This document shows, piece after piece, positions 46,194 to 55,997 of a stretch of 60,482 nt of DNA (its first letter is position 1; each line of letters starts with the position of its first letter). Source of the stretch: Candidatus Staskawiczbacteria bacterium (GTDB lineage Bacteria; Patescibacteriota; Minisyncoccia; Minisyncoccales; Staskawiczbacteraceae); NCBI GenBank assembly GCA_026395175.1, contig JAPLZF010000016.1:1-60482 (forward strand), written 5' to 3'. Under the pieces are notes generated by a model. It had not been told where the DNA came from. It was given only the letters and a program-made list of their open reading frames with translations, and ran no database searches. The translations under genes were made by a program, and so were the position numbers.

Positions 46194-49046
46194 TTACTTT
46201 AAATATTGGCCTGTGTAGGATTTTTTGACTTTGGAAACGTCTGCCGGAGTTCCTTCAGCAACAATTTGGCCTCCGCCATCGCCTCCTTCCGGGCCCAAGT
46301 CAATTAGCCAGTCGGCGTTTTTAATTAAATCGATGTTGTGCTCAATCACAAGCACTGTGTTTTTCTTTTCAACTAATCCGCCCAAAACAGAAATCAATTT
46401 TTTGATGTCGTCAAAGTGCAAGCCTGTTGTTGGTTCGTCCAAAATATACAAAGTTCTGCCGGTTCCTTTTCTGGAAAGCTCGGTTGCCAATTTTACCCTT
46501 TGCGCTTCTCCGCCGGACAAAGATGTTGCCGATTGCCCAAGTTCAACATAAGAAAGCCCAACTTCTTTTAAAGTTTTCATTTTTTCATAAAGCCCGGGAA
46601 TATTTTTGAAAAATTCCATTGCCTCTTCAACTGTCATATCCAAAACTTCGGCAATGTTTTTGTCTTTATAGGTAACTTCCAAAACTTCTTTGTTGTATCT
46701 TTTGCCATGGCATTCTTCGCACTCAACATAAATGTCCGGCAAAAAATACATTTCAACTTTTTTCTGCCCCTGACCTTCGCAGGCCTCGCACCTTCCGCCT
46801 TTTACGTTAAAAGAAAATCTGCCGGCTGAATATCCGCGCACGCGAGCTTCTTTTGTTTTGACAAAAATATCTCTAATGTGAGTAAATGCGCCGGTGTATG
46901 TTGCCGGGTTTGACCGCGGAGTCCTGCCAATTGGCGACTGGTCAACCAAAACAACTTTATTTATGTTATCAATTCCTAAAATTTCTTTGTGCTTGCCCGG
47001 TTCGTCTTTTGCTCGGTAAAACTTTTTCAGCAAATACTTTGCCAAAATGTCATTCACCAAAGATGATTTCCCAGAGCCCGAAACTCCGGTTACGCAGACA
47101 AATTTTTCCAAAGGGATTTTGACATCAATATTTTTTAAATTGTGTTCCTCCGCTCCAATAATAGTCAAATTTTGAAATTTGGATTTTAGATTTGTTTTGG
47201 ATTTTAAAATCTGAATTTTAGATTTTTTACCTTCTATCTCAACTCTCTTCCGACCGGCTAGATAGTCTCCCGTTAATGTATGGCTTTTGAGAAGCTCTTT
47301 ATATGTACCTTGAAAAACAACTTTTCCTCCGTGCTTTCCGGCTCCCGGCCCAATTTCAACAAGCCAGTCGGCCGACTGCATTGTTTGCGGGTCGTGTTCA
47401 ACCACAACAACCGTGTTGCCAAGCTCTTTTAATTTTATTAAAGTATCAATTAATTTGTGCTGGTCTCGGGCGTGCAATCCAATTGACGGCTCATCTAAAA
47501 TATATAAAACTCCAGATAATTTTGAACCAATTTGTGTTGCCAATCTTATTCTTTGCTCTTCTCCGCCGGCAAGTGTTCCGGCTTTTCTGGACAAAGTTAA
47601 ATATGCCAATCCAACATCGGTTAAAAATTGTGTCCTGTCAATTATTTCTTTTAAAATTCCTGCGCTGACTTTTGTTTTTTCAAGCCCGGAAAAAAATTTT
47701 TCAGCTTTGTCAACCGGCATATCAACAATTTTATCAATTGACTGGTCAGCCACCGTAACTGCCAAAACTTCCGGCTTTAATCTTTTGCCGTGGCATTTTG
47801 GGCAAATTTTTATCACCATATATTGCTCAATTTCTACCCTTGTCCAATCAGAATCTGTTTCGTGATATCTGCGTTCTAAATTAGCTACAACTCCTTCAAA
47901 ATCGCCGTCGCCATATAAAATTACATCAATGGCTTTTTTGGGAAGTTCGCCGACTTCTTCATCTAAAGAAAATTTATATTTTTCTGCCAGGCCGGAAATT
48001 ATAGAATAATAATAACCTTGCCTGCCAACTTTATGGGAAGCCCGCGACCACGGCCAAATGGCACCCTCTGCCAAAGTTAATCTTTTATTTGGAATTACCA
48101 ATTCAGGGTCAACTTCTAATTTTTCGCCAAGGCCAGTACATTCTGGGCAGGCGCCATAAGGATTGTTAAAAGAAAATAACCTTGGTTCTAATTCTGGCAA
48201 AGAAATTCCGCAATCTTCGCAGGCAAAATGCTCTGAAAAAACAAAATCAGAATAGTTTTGTTTTTTCAGAGCATTTTGCCCTGAGGGGGTACCCTTTGGG
48301 TCCCGAAGGGCTTCTTTGATATTTGCACTTACAATTACAATTCCTTTGCCAAGTCTTAATGCAGTTTCCAAAGAATCAACCAGTCTTGATCTGTCCAAAT
48401 CTTTGTCCAAAACCAGTCTGTCAACAACAACTTCAATGTCGTGTTTTTTTTGTTTGTCCAAAGGCTTGTCCAAAGATTCTTCAACCTGGTAAATATTTCC
48501 GTCAATTCTGACTCTCACAAACCCACCCCTGTTAATTTCTTCCAAAACTCCGTGATGTTCACCCTTCTTGCTTCTTAAAACCGGACCCAAAATTGTAATT
48601 TCTGTTTTCTTTGGCAGTTTTAAAACTTGATCAACAATTTGGTCAACTGTTTGTTTTGAAATTAATTTTCCGCAATTTGGGCAATGAGGCTTTCCAATAC
48701 GGGCGTAAAGTAACCTTAAATAATCATATATTTCAGTTATAGTGCCAACAGTAGACCTTGGATTGTGAGTTGATTTTCTTTGGTCAATTGAAATTGCAGG
48801 GCTTATTCCTTCTATCTTATCTACGTCTGGTTTGTCCATTACACCCAAAAATTGCCTGGCATAAGCTGACAAACTTTCCACATATCTTCTCTGCCCTTCT
48901 GCATACAAAGTATCAAAAGCCAAAGATGATTTTCCAGAACCAGACAAGCCAGTTATCACAACCAACTTATTTTTTGGAATGTCCAAATCAATATTTTTCA
49001 GATTATGCACGCGAGCTCCGCGTATTTTTATAAAATCATTTTGCAT
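46194..49046 (-). CDS. uvrA: excinuclease ABC subunit UvrA
   Basis: 950 aa. Two ABC modules ([18 protein letters not shown]) and zinc modules. Confidence 0.97.
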   Translation of the reverse strand: MQNDFIKIRGARVHNLKNIDLDIPKNKLVVITGLSGSGKSSLAFDTLYAEGQRRYVESLSAYARQFLGVMDKPDVDKIEGISPAISIDQRKSTHNPRSTVGTITEIYDYLRLLYARIGKPHCPNCGKLISKQTVDQIVDQVLKLPKKTEITILGPVLRSKKGEHHGVLEEINRGGFVRVRIDGNIYQVEESLDKPLDKQKKHDIEVVVDRLVLDKDLDRSRLVDSLETALRLGKGIVIVSANIKEALRDPKGTPSGQNALKKQNYSDFVFSEHFACEDCGISLPELEPRLFSFNNPYGACPECTGLGEKLEVDPELVIPNKRLTLAEGAIWPWSRASHKVGRQGYYYSIISGLAEKYKFSLDEEVGELPKKAIDVILYGDGDFEGVVANLERRYHETDSDWTRVEIEQYMVIKICPKCHGKRLKPEVLAVTVADQSIDKIVDMPVDKAEKFFSGLEKTKVSAGILKEIIDRTQFLTDVGLAYLTLSRKAGTLAGGEEQRIRLATQIGSKLSGVLYILDEPSIGLHARDQHKLIDTLIKLKELGNTVVVVEHDPQTMQSADWLVEIGPGAGKHGGKVVFQGTYKELLKSHTLTGDYLAGRKRVEIEGKKSKIQILKSKTNLKSKFQNLTIIGAEEHNLKNIDVKIPLEKFVCVTGVSGSGKSSLVNDILAKYLLKKFYRAKDEPGKHKEILGIDNINKVVLVDQSPIGRTPRSNPATYTGAFTHIRDIFVKTKEARVRGYSAGRFSFNVKGGRCEACEGQGQKKVEMYFLPDIYVECEECHGKRYNKEVLEVTYKDKNIAEVLDMTVEEAMEFFKNIPGLYEKMKTLKEVGLSYVELGQSATSLSGGEAQRVKLATELSRKGTGRTLYILDEPTTGLHFDDIKKLISVLGGLVEKKNTVLVIEHNIDLIKNADWLIDLGPEGGDGGGQIVAEGTPADVSKVKKSYTGQYLK
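48277..48311 (-). repeat. GC-rich element copy inside uvrA (encodes [12 protein letters not shown])
   Basis: Plus-strand sequence TGCCCTGAGGGGGTACCCTTTGGGTCCCGAAGGGC, with GCCCT/AGGGC termini. Confidence 0.6.
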
Positions 49047-49148
49047 AGTTGCATAGCTAAATATGAGTGGTTCATTATATAACTTTATTTTTACGAGTTC
49101 AAGGGTGCCTATTGAAAAAAGGCGTAATTTAGTCTTAAATAGATAAAA

Positions 49149-50441
49149 ATGGACAAGTTTAAATTTATAGCAAAATCAGAACTCAGCGAACTGCCGAAGA
49201 CATCGGGGGTGTATTCGTTTTACGAAAAAAATAAAGTTATTTATATAGGAAAGGCAATAAATATACAAAATCGAGTAAAAAATCATTTTAACCAGCCAAG
49301 CTACCGAGACAATCTTTTTATGGACAAGGTTGATAAAATTGGCTATTTAGAAACCAATTCAGAAATTGAAGCGTTAATTTTGGAAGCTAATTTAATAAAA
49401 AAATACCAGCCAAAATTTAATGTTGTCTGGCGGGACGATAAAAATTATTTTTATGTGGCAATTGCCAAAAATGACCAAAAAATTCCATATATTTTTATTA
49501 CCCACCAACCAAAAAATTCGAAATTAGAAATTCGAAATTCGAAATTTAGTTATGTTGGTCCTTTTGTTGAAGGCACAGCCTTAAAAAAAACTTTGCGATT
49601 TTTACGAAGAGTATTCCCCTATTACATAACAACCCTTCGACGTGGCTCAGGGCAGGCAATCCATCCAAAAACAAAATGCACTTATTGCCATCTGGGATTA
49701 TGCCCGGGCCCAAATCCAGACTTGAAAGATTACAAAAATAATATTAAAAAACTAATTTTAATTCTTAAAGGAAAACGAAGCGCTGTTTTGAATTCCTTAA
49801 AAAGGGAAATGAAAGATTTATCTGCCGAGAACAGGTTTGAAGAAGCCGGAAAAATTAGAGATAGAATTTCTAATTTGCAACAAGTAATGTCCCACACTAA
49901 CGTGATTAACAGCGAAAAAGTCGGTGGGACGTCGGACGTCCCACCGACTTTAAATAAGATTTTGGGAGTGGATAAAGAGATTCACAGAATAGAATGTTAT
50001 GATGTTTCAAATATACAAGGGAAACAAGCTACCGGTTCTATGGTGGTTTTTGTGGATGGCAAGGCAGATAAAAATCAATACAGAAAATTTAAAATTAAAA
50101 TGAAAAATGAGCCAAACGACATTGCAATGTTAAAAGAAACTTTGCAAAGAAGATTTACGCACCCGGAATGGAAATATCCTGAGGTCATTTTAATTGACGG
50201 AGGCAAGGCGCAACTGAATGTTGGAATAAAAGTCAGAGAACAATTCCATAGAATTGTTCCTTTAATTATTTCTGTTGCAAAAGGCAGACAGGAATTATTC
50301 ATAGAAAACAGAAAAAAAGCAATCCCCTTAAAATCCCTGCCACAGGAAGTTTACAATTTAATAAAAAATTTAGATGACGAAGCTCATAGGTTTGCCATTG
50401 CCTACCATAAAAAATTGCGCAAAAAATCATTATTGCAATAA
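49149..50441 (+). CDS. uvrC: excinuclease ABC subunit UvrC, short form without the C-terminal (HhH)2 domain
   Basis: GIY-YIG ([17 protein letters not shown]), UVR motif ([15 protein letters not shown]) and an endonuclease domain ending [15 protein letters not shown]. 430 aa. Confidence 0.9.
   Translation: MDKFKFIAKSELSELPKTSGVYSFYEKNKVIYIGKAINIQNRVKNHFNQPSYRDNLFMDKVDKIGYLETNSEIEALILEANLIKKYQPKFNVVWRDDKNYFYVAIAKNDQKIPYIFITHQPKNSKLEIRNSKFSYVGPFVEGTALKKTLRFLRRVFPYYITTLRRGSGQAIHPKTKCTYCHLGLCPGPNPDLKDYKNNIKKLILILKGKRSAVLNSLKREMKDLSAENRFEEAGKIRDRISNLQQVMSHTNVINSEKVGGTSDVPPTLNKILGVDKEIHRIECYDVSNIQGKQATGSMVVFVDGKADKNQYRKFKIKMKNEPNDIAMLKETLQRRFTHPEWKYPEVILIDGGKAQLNVGIKVREQFHRIVPLIISVAKGRQELFIENRKKAIPLKSLPQEVYNLIKNLDDEAHRFAIAYHKKLRKKSLLQ
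49518..49545 (+). repeat. four tandem heptamers (TCGAAAT/TAGAAAT) inside uvrC
   Basis: TCGAAAT TAGAAAT TCGAAAT TCGAAAT, encoding [10 protein letters not shown]. Confidence 0.8.
49631..49657 (+). repeat. GC-rich element copy inside uvrC (encodes TLRRGSGQA)
   Basis: AACCCTTCGACGTGGCTCAGGGCAGGC. Confidence 0.7.
49920..49948. repeat. 29-nt GC-rich perfect palindrome inside uvrC (encodes [10 protein letters not shown])
   Basis: GTCGGTGGGACGTC-G-GACGTCCCACCGAC, two 14-nt arms. Confidence 0.8.
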
Positions 50442-50481
50442 TTGTTGCATTTTGAATAAAAATATGATATGATTATAACTA

Positions 50482-50874
50482 ATGAAGAGGCTACTCTCTC
50501 AAATTGCAGCTGCCATATTAGGATTATGGCTGGCGATATTGTTTGTGCCTTCAGTTATAATTAGGGCATATCCAACATCAAACTTTTTTGGTTTTCCTTT
50601 AACAACTCAATGGGAAATCATTTTGGTTTTAGGAATTGCTTTGGGCTTGCTGAATTATTTTCTGCGCCCGCTTTTAAAGGCATTATTTCTGCCTTTAGAA
50701 ATAATTACTCTTGGACTTTTTACAATAGTAATAGATATGGGCTTAATATGGCTTTTAGACAAAATGTTTGATGAATTTTATGTTCCCTTTTTATTGCCTC
50801 TTTTATATACAACCCTAATTATTTGGGGATTAAACTTAATTGGAATTTTTTTAACTAAAAATAAATACAAATAA
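50482..50874 (+). CDS. YvlD/holin-4_2-like four-TM membrane protein
   Basis: LLNYFLRPLLKALFLPLEIITLGLFTIVID matches the recalled PLL..LTLP...LTLGLF..VIN motif. Confidence 0.55.
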   Translation: MKRLLSQIAAAILGLWLAILFVPSVIIRAYPTSNFFGFPLTTQWEIILVLGIALGLLNYFLRPLLKALFLPLEIITLGLFTIVIDMGLIWLLDKMFDEFYVPFLLPLLYTTLIIWGLNLIGIFLTKNKYK

Positions 50875-50875
50875 A

Positions 50876-51094
50876 ATGAATACAATATTATTTTATTCTC
50901 AAATTGCAGTATCTATAATTTTAATTGTGCTTATTGCCATACAGCAACGAGGCACTGCGCTGGGCGCCGGATTTGGAGGCGGAGGCGAAGTCTATTCTAC
51001 AAAGCGCGGAGCGCAGAAAAAAATATACTACGCCACAATTGCAGTTGTAACCATTTTCCTTGTTTTGGGCGTATTAAATCTATTGATACCATAA
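50876..51094 (+). CDS. secG: preprotein translocase subunit SecG
   Basis: 72 aa, two TM helices. QQRGTALGAGFGGGGE loop. Confidence 0.75.
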   Translation: MNTILFYSQIAVSIILIVLIAIQQRGTALGAGFGGGGEVYSTKRGAQKKIYYATIAVVTIFLVLGVLNLLIP

Positions 51095-51097
51095 AAA

Positions 51098-53095
51098 ATG
51101 GCAAAGTTTCCTAAGTTTTCTCAGTGGAAACAACTTTTCAAAATATTGAAAGGAACTGAAAGGAAATTTTTTTTAGTTCTAGTTGTTTTAGCGTTAGCAT
51201 CTGCAACATACCTTGCGATTGATTTTTATATAAGCAACACAAAAGAAGTTTCTGCCTACGGCGGAACATACGCAGAAGGAGTTGTCGGACAGCCAAGATT
51301 CATAAATTCTATTTACGGGGAAACAAACGATGTTGACAGGACTTTAATTGACTTGGTTTATTCCGGTTTGATGACTTATGACAAAGACGGAAAAATTATT
51401 AATGACTTGGTGAAAAGCTACCAAATTTCAGACAATGGCAAAACTTACACTTTTCAATTAAAGGACAATCTTTATTGGCAAGATGGAATACCTTTGACAG
51501 CCGACGATGTTATTTATACCATAAAAACAATCCAAAATTCGGATTACAAAAGCCCTTTAAGGGCAAATTGGATTGATGTGGACGCAGAAAAAATTTCCGG
51601 CAGTTCATTCGCTTTGTCCCTCGGCTCGCCTTACAATTCTTTTCTGGAAAATTGCGCTATAAAAATAATTCCCCAGCATATTTGGAAAAATGTTTTGCCG
51701 GAAAATTTTGCCCTTTCTTCTTATAATTTGCAGCCGGTAGGCTCTGGGCCCTATGCGCTTTCCAATATACAGGAAGCCAATAACAGCTTCATAAAAAGCC
51801 TGACACTGACGGCAAACCATAAATATTACGGAAAACTGCCTTATATATCTGAAATTTATTTCCAATTTTTCAACAATAAAAACGACTTGATAAGCGCGGC
51901 AAACCAAAAAACAATCGACGGATTTTCCATTTCAAACTTAGATGACAATGAAGCTTTGGCAGAAAAAGAAGTGCGGCAAGGATGGACGAAAAATGAAAAA
52001 TTCAGCGTTTATTCTTTTTCTCTCCCAAGATATTTTGCCGTATTTTTCAATATGCAGGACGGCAAACTTCTGTCTGACAGCAATATAACAAAAGCTCTTA
52101 ACTATTCTGTTAATAAAGCCAAACTTTCGCAAAAAATAAGCGAAGCTTACAAAGAAAAAATTTCCATTGTTGATTCTCCCATCCTGCCTGATTATTTTAA
52201 CTATTCAGCTCCGGTTGCAAGCTATAATTTCAATTTAGACACAGCCAACAAGCTTTTGGACAAGTCAGGATATAAAGATAACGGCCAAGGGCAGAGAGTA
52301 AAAGCAAATAATAAAAAACCTGCGTTCCAGTTCAAAAGCTATCTGAAAATAGGCTCTGCCGGAAACGAAGTCATAGAACTTCAGGGATGCCTGACCAGAT
52401 TAGATGACAGCTTTAAAACTCTTTTGCAGGGGGAAGCAAATGGAAAATTTGGCAAAGGAACTGGAGATGCAGTGACTGTATTCCAGCAAAAATATCTGCC
52501 TGACGTTCCAGCCACGGGCGAAGTTGGTTCGGGCACGCGGAAAGAATTGAATTCATTGTGTTTTTCCAACCAAAATAATTCCTTGCCTTTAAAATTTGAT
52601 TTGATTACTGTAAATCAGCCCCAATTGGTTGCCACAGCCAATCTTCTAAAAGATTACTGGCAAAAAGTTGGAGTAACCGTGCAGGTAAAAGCTGTAGAAC
52701 TTTCAGATTTGAAAGACATCATCAAAAACAGGGATTATGACGCTCTGCTTTACGGACAAGCTCTTGGAAGTTTGCCGGATTTATACCCATTTTGGCATTC
52801 AACTCAAATAAACGACCCAGGATTGAATCTTTCAGAATACCAAAATAAAAAAGCAGACCAATTATTAAAAGATGCCAGAGAAACTTCAGATGACCAAGTA
52901 AAAGCTCAAAATTATGAAAAATTGCAAGATATAATACTTGCAGACGCCCCTGCCCTATTTTTGTATAATCCTGATTATTTATATTGGGTTTCTGAAGGAA
53001 TAAAAGGAATTGACACGACAAAAATAGTTGACCCGGCAAAAAGATTTGAAAACATAGTGAATTGGTATATCAACACAAAAAGAGTGTGGAAATAA
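51098..53095 (+). CDS. family-5 ABC substrate-binding protein (peptide/nickel type) with an inserted peptidoglycan-binding domain
   Basis: SBP_bac_5-like N- and C-terminal lobes. Insert LKIGSAGNEVIELQGCL ... FGKGTGDAVTVFQQKYL ... TGEVGSGTRKEL resembles PG_binding_1. Confidence 0.75.
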   Translation: MAKFPKFSQWKQLFKILKGTERKFFLVLVVLALASATYLAIDFYISNTKEVSAYGGTYAEGVVGQPRFINSIYGETNDVDRTLIDLVYSGLMTYDKDGKIINDLVKSYQISDNGKTYTFQLKDNLYWQDGIPLTADDVIYTIKTIQNSDYKSPLRANWIDVDAEKISGSSFALSLGSPYNSFLENCAIKIIPQHIWKNVLPENFALSSYNLQPVGSGPYALSNIQEANNSFIKSLTLTANHKYYGKLPYISEIYFQFFNNKNDLISAANQKTIDGFSISNLDDNEALAEKEVRQGWTKNEKFSVYSFSLPRYFAVFFNMQDGKLLSDSNITKALNYSVNKAKLSQKISEAYKEKISIVDSPILPDYFNYSAPVASYNFNLDTANKLLDKSGYKDNGQGQRVKANNKKPAFQFKSYLKIGSAGNEVIELQGCLTRLDDSFKTLLQGEANGKFGKGTGDAVTVFQQKYLPDVPATGEVGSGTRKELNSLCFSNQNNSLPLKFDLITVNQPQLVATANLLKDYWQKVGVTVQVKAVELSDLKDIIKNRDYDALLYGQALGSLPDLYPFWHSTQINDPGLNLSEYQNKKADQLLKDARETSDDQVKAQNYEKLQDIILADAPALFLYNPDYLYWVSEGIKGIDTTKIVDPAKRFENIVNWYINTKRVWK

Positions 53096-53096
53096 T

Positions 53097-53444
53097 ATGA
53101 AGGTAAAAAAATACATAGAAAACAAACCTTGGGGCAGATATGAACGGTATTGCCTAAATCAAAAATGCACTGTAAAAATACTTTTCTTAAAACCTAACAC
53201 AGAGCTTAGTCTTCAATATCATAAAAACAGAAATGAATTTTGGAAAGTGGCTAAAGGCACAGGCAAGGTAATAATCAACAAAAAAATAGTGAACGCAAAA
53301 GAAGGAGATGAGTTTTTGGTGGTCAGAAAAACACTTCATACAATTAAAGCCGGAAAAAATGGTATAAATGTTTTAGAAATTTCTTTTGGAAATTTCAGCG
53401 AAAAAGATATTATAAGAATAAAAGATAAATATAAAAGAAAATAA
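53097..53444 (+). CDS. cupin domain protein (type II phosphomannose isomerase C-terminal-like)
   Basis: KPWGRYERY ... LSLQYHKNRNEFWKV motif. Confidence 0.7.
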   Translation: MKVKKYIENKPWGRYERYCLNQKCTVKILFLKPNTELSLQYHKNRNEFWKVAKGTGKVIINKKIVNAKEGDEFLVVRKTLHTIKAGKNGINVLEISFGNFSEKDIIRIKDKYKRK

Positions 53445-53451
53445 AAATAAT

Positions 53452-54084
53452 ATGGAAACAGAAAATATCGATTTATCAAAATTAACCCCAGATGTGCGCC
53501 ACTTAAATGATATGCGTGAAACTTTGTACGACCAAGATTTTGCAAAAAATACTCCCGACACAGATTTGTATTTAATGTACAGAAAAGTAAAAAACGAAAA
53601 TAATTTAAATTATAATATTACAATAACCTTGGCAAAAATGCTTGGTGATGAATTTAATAAAACCAAAGGCCACGTACATATTGGAAACTTTGGCGAAATT
53701 TATACGGTTTTGGAGGGCCAGGCAATTTTTCTGATGCAGAAAGGCGATGCAGAAAAAATTGAGGATGTTTATGCGGTTGAGGCAAAAGCAGGAGAGTCGG
53801 CAATAATTCCCGGCGGCTACGGACACATCACAATAAATCCGTCTGAAACACAAAATTTAAAAACCGAAGACTGGTCTTCGGAAAACTGCAAAAGCGATTA
53901 TTCCCTTTTTGTTGAAAAACAGGGAGGTTGCTATTACTATATTAAAAGTCCCTCGTCGCCTGCGGGCTCCTCGGGATCTGCGAGTTGGATTAAAAACGAA
54001 AATTACAAATCAGTTCCAGAACTGCGTTTTGAAAAGCCATTAAAATCAGCGCCGGAAGATTTAAGCTTTCTCAAAAACGGATAA
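53452..54084 (+). CDS. cupin-type glucose-6-phosphate isomerase
   Basis: TKGHVHIGNFGEIYTVLEG ... IPGGYGHITIN resembles archaeal-type cPGI. Confidence 0.7.
   Translation: METENIDLSKLTPDVRHLNDMRETLYDQDFAKNTPDTDLYLMYRKVKNENNLNYNITITLAKMLGDEFNKTKGHVHIGNFGEIYTVLEGQAIFLMQKGDAEKIEDVYAVEAKAGESAIIPGGYGHITINPSETQNLKTEDWSSENCKSDYSLFVEKQGGCYYYIKSPSSPAGSSGSASWIKNENYKSVPELRFEKPLKSAPEDLSFLKNG
53948..53984 (+). repeat. GC-rich insert inside the cupin PGI (encodes SPSSPAGSSGSAS)
   Basis: GTCCCTCGTCGCCTGCGGGCTCCTCGGGATCTGCGAG, in an otherwise AT-rich gene. Confidence 0.55.
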
Positions 54085-54090
54085 ATTCTC

Positions 54091-54173
54091 GCGGGTATGG
54101 CGGAACAGCAGACGCGCTGGCTTCAGGAGCCAGTGGGAGAAATCCTGTGGAGGTGCAAATCCTCCTACCCGCA
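54091..54173 (+). tRNA. tRNA-Leu (anticodon CAG)
   Basis: Class II fold. Acceptor GCGGGTA/TACCCGC, anticodon loop TTCAGGA, long variable arm, discriminator A. Confidence 0.9.
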
Positions 54174-54196
54174 CAATTGAAATTAACTAAATATTT

Positions 54197-55909
54197 ATGA
54201 TAAACACAAAACCAAATAAAATTAACGTACCTCAAAAGGCAAATAACCTACGGATTATTCCTCTGGGAGGATGCGAAGAAGTCGGCAGAAACATGACTGT
54301 TTTTGAGTATGGGCAGGATATTGTAATTCTTGACATGGGCATGCAGTTTCCTGAAGAAGATATGCCCGGAATAGATTACGTAATTCCAAATGTTGAATAT
54401 TTGAAAGGCAAAGAAAAAAATATTCGGGGAGTAATATTTTCCCATGGGCACCTAGACCACATTGGAGCAGCTCCAATTCTTTTACAAAAACTGCAAAACC
54501 CGCAAATTATCGGAAGACCTTTAACTTTAGAAATGGTAAAGCACCGAGTTGAAGATTTGTATCACGGCGCTTCCAAAAAATTGAAAACAATTTATGTAAA
54601 AGATATCAATGAAAAAATTAGTTTGGGAGCTTTCACATTGAAATTTTTCGCAATTGACCACAGCGTTATGGACGCAATGGGAGTTATTTTAGAAACTCCG
54701 GCAGCAACAGTTATACATCCTGGCGACTGGACAATTGAAAGGCATCCTGTTAGCGGAAAAGCAATCAATTATTCCCATTTATCTAATTTGAAGAGGCCGA
54801 CCATTTTAATGCTTGAATCTCTAGGAGCCACAAACTCTGAAGAACCGGTAACTGAAGAAACAATGTTGAATAATCTGTATATGCTGATTAACAAGGCTCC
54901 CGGCAGGACAATTATTACAACCTTTTCTTCACAAATTGAAAGAATAAGGCAAATATTAGAGTTTGCTGCAAAAAACAATAAAAAAGTTGCGCTGGACGGC
55001 TTTTCAATGAAGTTAAACATAGAATTGGCAACAAAATTAGGATATATTAAAATTCCAAAGGGAGTAATAATTCCAACAGACAAAGCTCATACTTTTCCAG
55101 ACAACAAAGTTATTATAATTTGCACCGGAGGGCAAGGCGAAGAAATGTCGGCTCTTTCAAGAATTGTTGCAGGAAACCATAGATTTGTAAAAATAAAAAA
55201 AGACGACACTGTTATTTTTTCATCTTCGGTTGTTCCTGGAAATGAAAGAACTGTCCAAAGATTGAAAGACAATCTTTACCGGCTGTCCGACAATGTTTAC
55301 CACTCAGATATTATTGATGTTCACATTTCCGGACACAGCAACATTGAAGGCATAAAACAAATGCTAAAAGAAATCAGACCGGACTATTTTATTCCGGTTT
55401 ATGCCAACCATTATTTTTTGAAAGAAGCGTCTAAAATTGCGCAAGGAATTGGATTTAGAAAAGATAAAATTTTTGTGCCCGACAACGGCTCTATTATAAA
55501 ATTTTCGCAAAATCACGAGCCTGAAGTATTAAAAGAAAAAGCTCCAACAAGTTATGTTTTTGTTGACGGGCTTGGAGTTGGAGATGTTGGAGAAATTGTT
55601 TTGCGTGACCGCCAAATGTTGGCAGAAGACGGAATGTTTGTTATTGTAACAGTAATAGACAAGCGCACTGGCCAAGTCAAAGGCAGCCCGGACATTATTT
55701 CGCGCGGGTTTGTTTATTTAAGAGAATCAAAAGATTTGCTTTCGCAAACACGCAAAAAAGTAATTGAGATTGTAGATAAGTCCGCCGGCCATGGCGGCCC
55801 AGTAAACTGGACTTATGTAAAAGACGAAATCCGCAACAAAGTCGGTGATTTCTTAAACTCAAAAACCTCCCGCCGCCCAATGATTCTTCCAGTAGTAATC
55901 GAAGTTTAG
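54197..55909 (+). CDS. rnj: ribonuclease J
   Basis: 570 aa. Metallo-beta-lactamase HGHLDHIGA, beta-CASP and C-terminal domain. Confidence 0.9.
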   Translation: MINTKPNKINVPQKANNLRIIPLGGCEEVGRNMTVFEYGQDIVILDMGMQFPEEDMPGIDYVIPNVEYLKGKEKNIRGVIFSHGHLDHIGAAPILLQKLQNPQIIGRPLTLEMVKHRVEDLYHGASKKLKTIYVKDINEKISLGAFTLKFFAIDHSVMDAMGVILETPAATVIHPGDWTIERHPVSGKAINYSHLSNLKRPTILMLESLGATNSEEPVTEETMLNNLYMLINKAPGRTIITTFSSQIERIRQILEFAAKNNKKVALDGFSMKLNIELATKLGYIKIPKGVIIPTDKAHTFPDNKVIIICTGGQGEEMSALSRIVAGNHRFVKIKKDDTVIFSSSVVPGNERTVQRLKDNLYRLSDNVYHSDIIDVHISGHSNIEGIKQMLKEIRPDYFIPVYANHYFLKEASKIAQGIGFRKDKIFVPDNGSIIKFSQNHEPEVLKEKAPTSYVFVDGLGVGDVGEIVLRDRQMLAEDGMFVIVTVIDKRTGQVKGSPDIISRGFVYLRESKDLLSQTRKKVIEIVDKSAGHGGPVNWTYVKDEIRNKVGDFLNSKTSRRPMILPVVIEV

Positions 55910-55957
55910 GCAACTTGCCCCGTTAATTAAAATATCTTGCTCGCGTGACACTTTCAG

Positions 55958-55986
55958 TTGCCTTCCAATTTATATTAGAGTATAGT
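55958..55986 (+). promoter_or_regulatory. promoter TTGCCT-N17-TATAGT, 11 nt before the ATG
   Basis: The hexamers are positioned so that the transcript would have almost no leader. Confidence 0.5.
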
Positions 55987-55997
55987 AAATAAATAAT

